Source: Mytilus edulis (lineage: Eukaryota). From it: a stretch of 64,000 nt of DNA. The stretch lies in the NCBI RefSeq assembly GCF_963676685.1, contig NC_092349.1:18042001-18106000 (forward strand). The letters run 5' to 3'. This document shows, piece by piece, positions 60,542-64,000 of this stretch; positions within the stretch are counted from its first letter, which is position 1, and each line of letters starts with the position of its first letter. The notes beneath the pieces are model-generated. The model ran no database searches. It saw nothing but the letters and a program-made list of their open reading frames with translations, and was not told the origin of the DNA. The position numbers and the translations under genes are program-made.

Positions 60542-63500
60542 ATGACGATATTGAAACTAATGCGATGTATGCAGGTTTTCGGTATTTGGATAGTCCTGTA
60601 TATGTCCGGTACGTAACCAATTAACATAACATTATCAAAAGAAAAATATAAGGATAACTGACTTTCAAAAAAAATAAGCCTCTTTTGGTACTAGCCACTA
60701 CGAAGGTCAACCTGGTAGAGATATATGATCACAGGACTTCTTCTCCTTTTCAGGGAGTACAACCCTCGCTATTCAAGTTGGGGAATTGGTTCTGCTGTAT
60801 GGGATGCATATATACTCAGCAACATCCGGTTGGAATACGGTCGTAAAATTTGCTGCCTCGGTTTTCAATGGAGCAACCTCATTAACAACAGCCTATTTTG
60901 TATGTGTCAGATGCACTTTGAGACAGACGTTTTAACCTTTTTTCCAAGGAAGTCAAACAAATTACATAGAAATACATAGGATTAAATTATTTTCTGATTC
61001 GATAAAAAAGAATAATGTAAATGATTATGTTGAACTCAAACTCTTTCACATGTTAAAATCTGTTTCATTAGTACGTATAAGACTTGTGGATCACAATTTT
61101 ATTCCATATTTTTTTTCAGAAACTCATAGCGTACCTGTAGACTTAGCATCTCCTGAGGTTTTTGACCCTGTTTTCTATTCTAACTACTACCATCAAGTGA
61201 TCACACATTCTGTAAATTCACCAGAAGCTGTGAAACAACACTGGCTTACGCATGGTATAGATGCTGGGTGGCAAGGATCAGGACAGTTTCATTCAAAAGA
61301 GTATATTGCAAGGTATAATGTAACAGATTATTCTGAGACTCCCTAAATATAATGCATCTTCCTTAAATAAAGCTAGTTCAGTTTTATTTGATTATTGCTG
61401 TCAGTATATATCGTTTACTGAATCTGATTTTGACTTAATTTCATTATTCACATCATATTTGAAAGAATCGGACTTCCCCATCAACATTTAGATGTAAACA
61501 GACAGACGCGATTCGCTTGATTTATTTTAGAGATATAAGCATTGCTAAATAAACAAAAACAAACAATAAACTGTCTTTGTTTAAAAAGGAAAGAGACAAA
61601 TTCTTAGTCATGTGATCATAAGATATGGCTAGCACATAATTTTCTTCTAATGAAACGTTGCCTCAATTTTTCTTAGGTATCCCGATCTCCAAAAAGCTTT
61701 TGGAAATAATTATAGAGCCGCCATTCAACATTATCTGACGTTTCACAATTCTGAACATCGGTTAGGTTTATCAACTAGTCATCATTTCGGAGGCCGTTGG
61801 ACGGCATTAAACCATGGTATCTATATCGGTTCTTCGACTCGAACAGGAGGGGCGGTCGACAGTCTTACATGGAACAACAAGGAATTTATCAACTCTCGGG
61901 ATCATGGGCGTCAAATGCAGATGGCATGTAACACCAACAAATACACCGAGTGTTACAACCCGACGGAAGCTGGTGGTCTTTGTGATCACACACTCTCAAC
62001 AACCCACACTCATATAGATTGGGTCCATGTTCATGAAAATGTTATGGAAAGCTTAGTAAGTTAATATGGGGTGTCAACATATCTTAACATATCATAAACG
62101 GTAATCTCAAGGCCAATAAGTCCTAAATATATGAATTATTTATTGTTATAATTTAAAATTGTTTTAAATATTTTTCTATATTTTAGTAAAAATACGTTTT
62201 CTCTTTCAAAACTTATATTTTCTTTTGTATAGCATTTTGTTAAAAGAAGGGAATTATAATTTTGAGATGTGATTGTCAAAACATAATTGAAAACACAAGA
62301 CAAGAAGTACATTGTATACGTTCTAAACCTATTCATTATCTTTTTAATATATAACAAAAATAAACAAATGACATTTCGATTGTAACAATTAACAATACAA
62401 TCCAAGAGAAGGTTGCACGAGTTGTAAATAACTAAAACATACACGCTGAACGATATTCTTCTCCAAATTATCACAATCATAAAAAGAAAAAAAGAGCAGT
62501 TGTGAAATAAGTTAGACAATTCATGTGCATATTCCTTACTTTTGACAGACACCTGAAGACCTGTCGTGCAATACAAGTATTTGAATGATTAGAATTTTCT
62601 GTGGCAAAGTAGCTCGATCCATGTGATAGTTAAACATGCGGTTTGGGCTTTGCGCAATGTAGAAGGCCGAATTGTGCCCTATATTTCTTAATTTATGTGT
62701 CATTTGGTCTCATGTAGAGAGTTGTCTCATTGGCAATCATACCTCATCTTCGTTTATATTTATACTACTACTTCTGCTACTATATCGTCTAGTACTACTA
62801 TTATTACTACTTCTTAAAATACTAATCTTCTTGTATCTGCTGCTGACAATCACCTCAAACTAATATGTACGTAAATTTACCATTTCGTACAAAGTTCGAA
62901 CATATATCTGATACATACAGTGGATTCATTTTTGTTCGTGGGTATTAGTTTTCGTGGATTAAGGAAAACTTACACGTTCGTAGATATTTATTTTCGTGGA
63001 TTTGCCAAAGTCTGCATACACGCCTATTAAATACTTGCTTTTCGATTAACATTTCATTTCTTCGTTCACTTGTACCTATGATATCCACGAAAATTGCTAT
63101 TTCAACGAATAATAGTGAATCCCTGTAATCTTTTGACAGGTTTATCCAGCTTTTTGGAAACCAGTCAAACCTTCATCAGGAACACAACATGATTGTCATT
63201 ATGGACAATGGTGTCCAGCACACCAGGGCTACCATACAACATACGACTATCCTTTCCACAAGAAGATTACAATAGGAACACATGGCATTAATAATTGTTT
63301 TGAATTTGTATCAAATTTTACGATAGGCGGAAACTGGCCTCAAGACGACTTGTTGATTCAGATGGAAGCACCTGCAGTCTATATGACCTATGAGTTTACC
63401 AAACAATTCACGTTCAATCCAGCTACAAGGCTTGCTGAAAATTACCATAATAAACATTTACCATTTATCTTATCGACTCCAGACCACAACTACGCACTTG

Positions 63501-63730
63501 GAGCGTATACCCCACAAAGACAGGATACAGATATACATGAAAATTACGATAGCCATTTATTCAAAGGTTCAAATTTCGCTGGTGCAACCTCAAAATTCAA
63601 TATCGTTTTCTATAAGAGACCTCATGGTACAGGGGTTCGTCAGTATGTTTACAGAACTTACTTCTGTGTCGGAACCTTAAATGACGTCACTAGTTGTTTG
63701 CATAAGATTATGACGGCTGTTCCAAAATAA
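60542..63730 (+). CDS. Secreted His-rich uncharacterised protein (about 409 aa, 4 exons) with bacterial-like motifs
   Basis: Exons 60542-60608 (start and first exon tentative; signal-like MQVFGIWIVLYMSETHS), 61120-61312, 61677-62055, 63140-63730; phases 1/2/0 match. AATAAA at 63747-63752. Confidence 0.8.
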
Positions 63731-64000
63731 AATTAATCCGGAGTACAATAAAGCGTTCAGTGAACATTACTTGTTAATTTACTATTAATTTCAATTAAAC
63801 AAGATATAAGGCAATTATAGCAAAAGGTCCACAAGTTATAATGATTTCGTAAAAGCCTTGAGAGAAGACAAAACAAAAACACAGTGTCTAAAATTATAGC
63901 AGAAGGTCCAAATAAACATGATAAAGTCAACAGTTAAAACGTAAAAACAATTCTAAAAAGAGGGGAGAACAGAAAAAAACATCAGACTACATAACCATAT

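Noticed and set aside
60725-60979. ORF MITGLLLLFRE... as first exon of the secreted protein
   Set aside because: No good phase-1 donor after the hydrophobic stretch; 60542-60608 with gtacgt fits phase and signal peptide better.
62136-62863. Hydrophobic ORFs at 62136-62576 and 62672-62863 and similar short ORFs across the window
   Set aside because: Low-complexity AT-rich intron or repeat translations, including a (CTA)n tract; no evidence of coding function.

Overview
AT-rich, intron-rich animal genomic DNA, most likely a bivalve mollusc (Mytilus-like repeat content; inference). I reconstructed five host genes by hand from splice sites and reading-frame phase. (1) A secreted GH81-like endo-1,3-beta-glucanase on the minus strand (11 coding exons, 18060 to 1309, continuing off the left edge) with two tandem Cys-containing inserted modules, a dibasic-flanked acidic spacer and a GC-AG intron. 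(2) Mevalonate kinase (MVK, minus, 9 exons). (3) Cob(I)alamin adenosyltransferase (MMAB, plus, 9 exons), head-to-head with MVK with only 146 bp between start codons, the same pairing as in human. (4) An intronless, divergent Cys-loop/nAChR-like subunit. (5) A secreted His-rich protein with bacterial-like motifs. The most striking observation is an intact gypsy/GIN-type integrase zinc-binding (H2C2) exon in MMAB intron 1 whose splice donor joins in frame to MMAB exon 2, predicting a 365-aa integrase-Zn-finger::MMAB chimera without the mitochondrial presequence. The window also holds an intact 4.17-kb CR1/L2-group LINE with an 11-bp target-site duplication and a 2A-like motif, two families of minimal hammerhead ribozymes (all intronic copies antisense to the host gene), and many MITE/Helentron-type repeats. 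No database searches were run; family assignments rest on recognised motifs.
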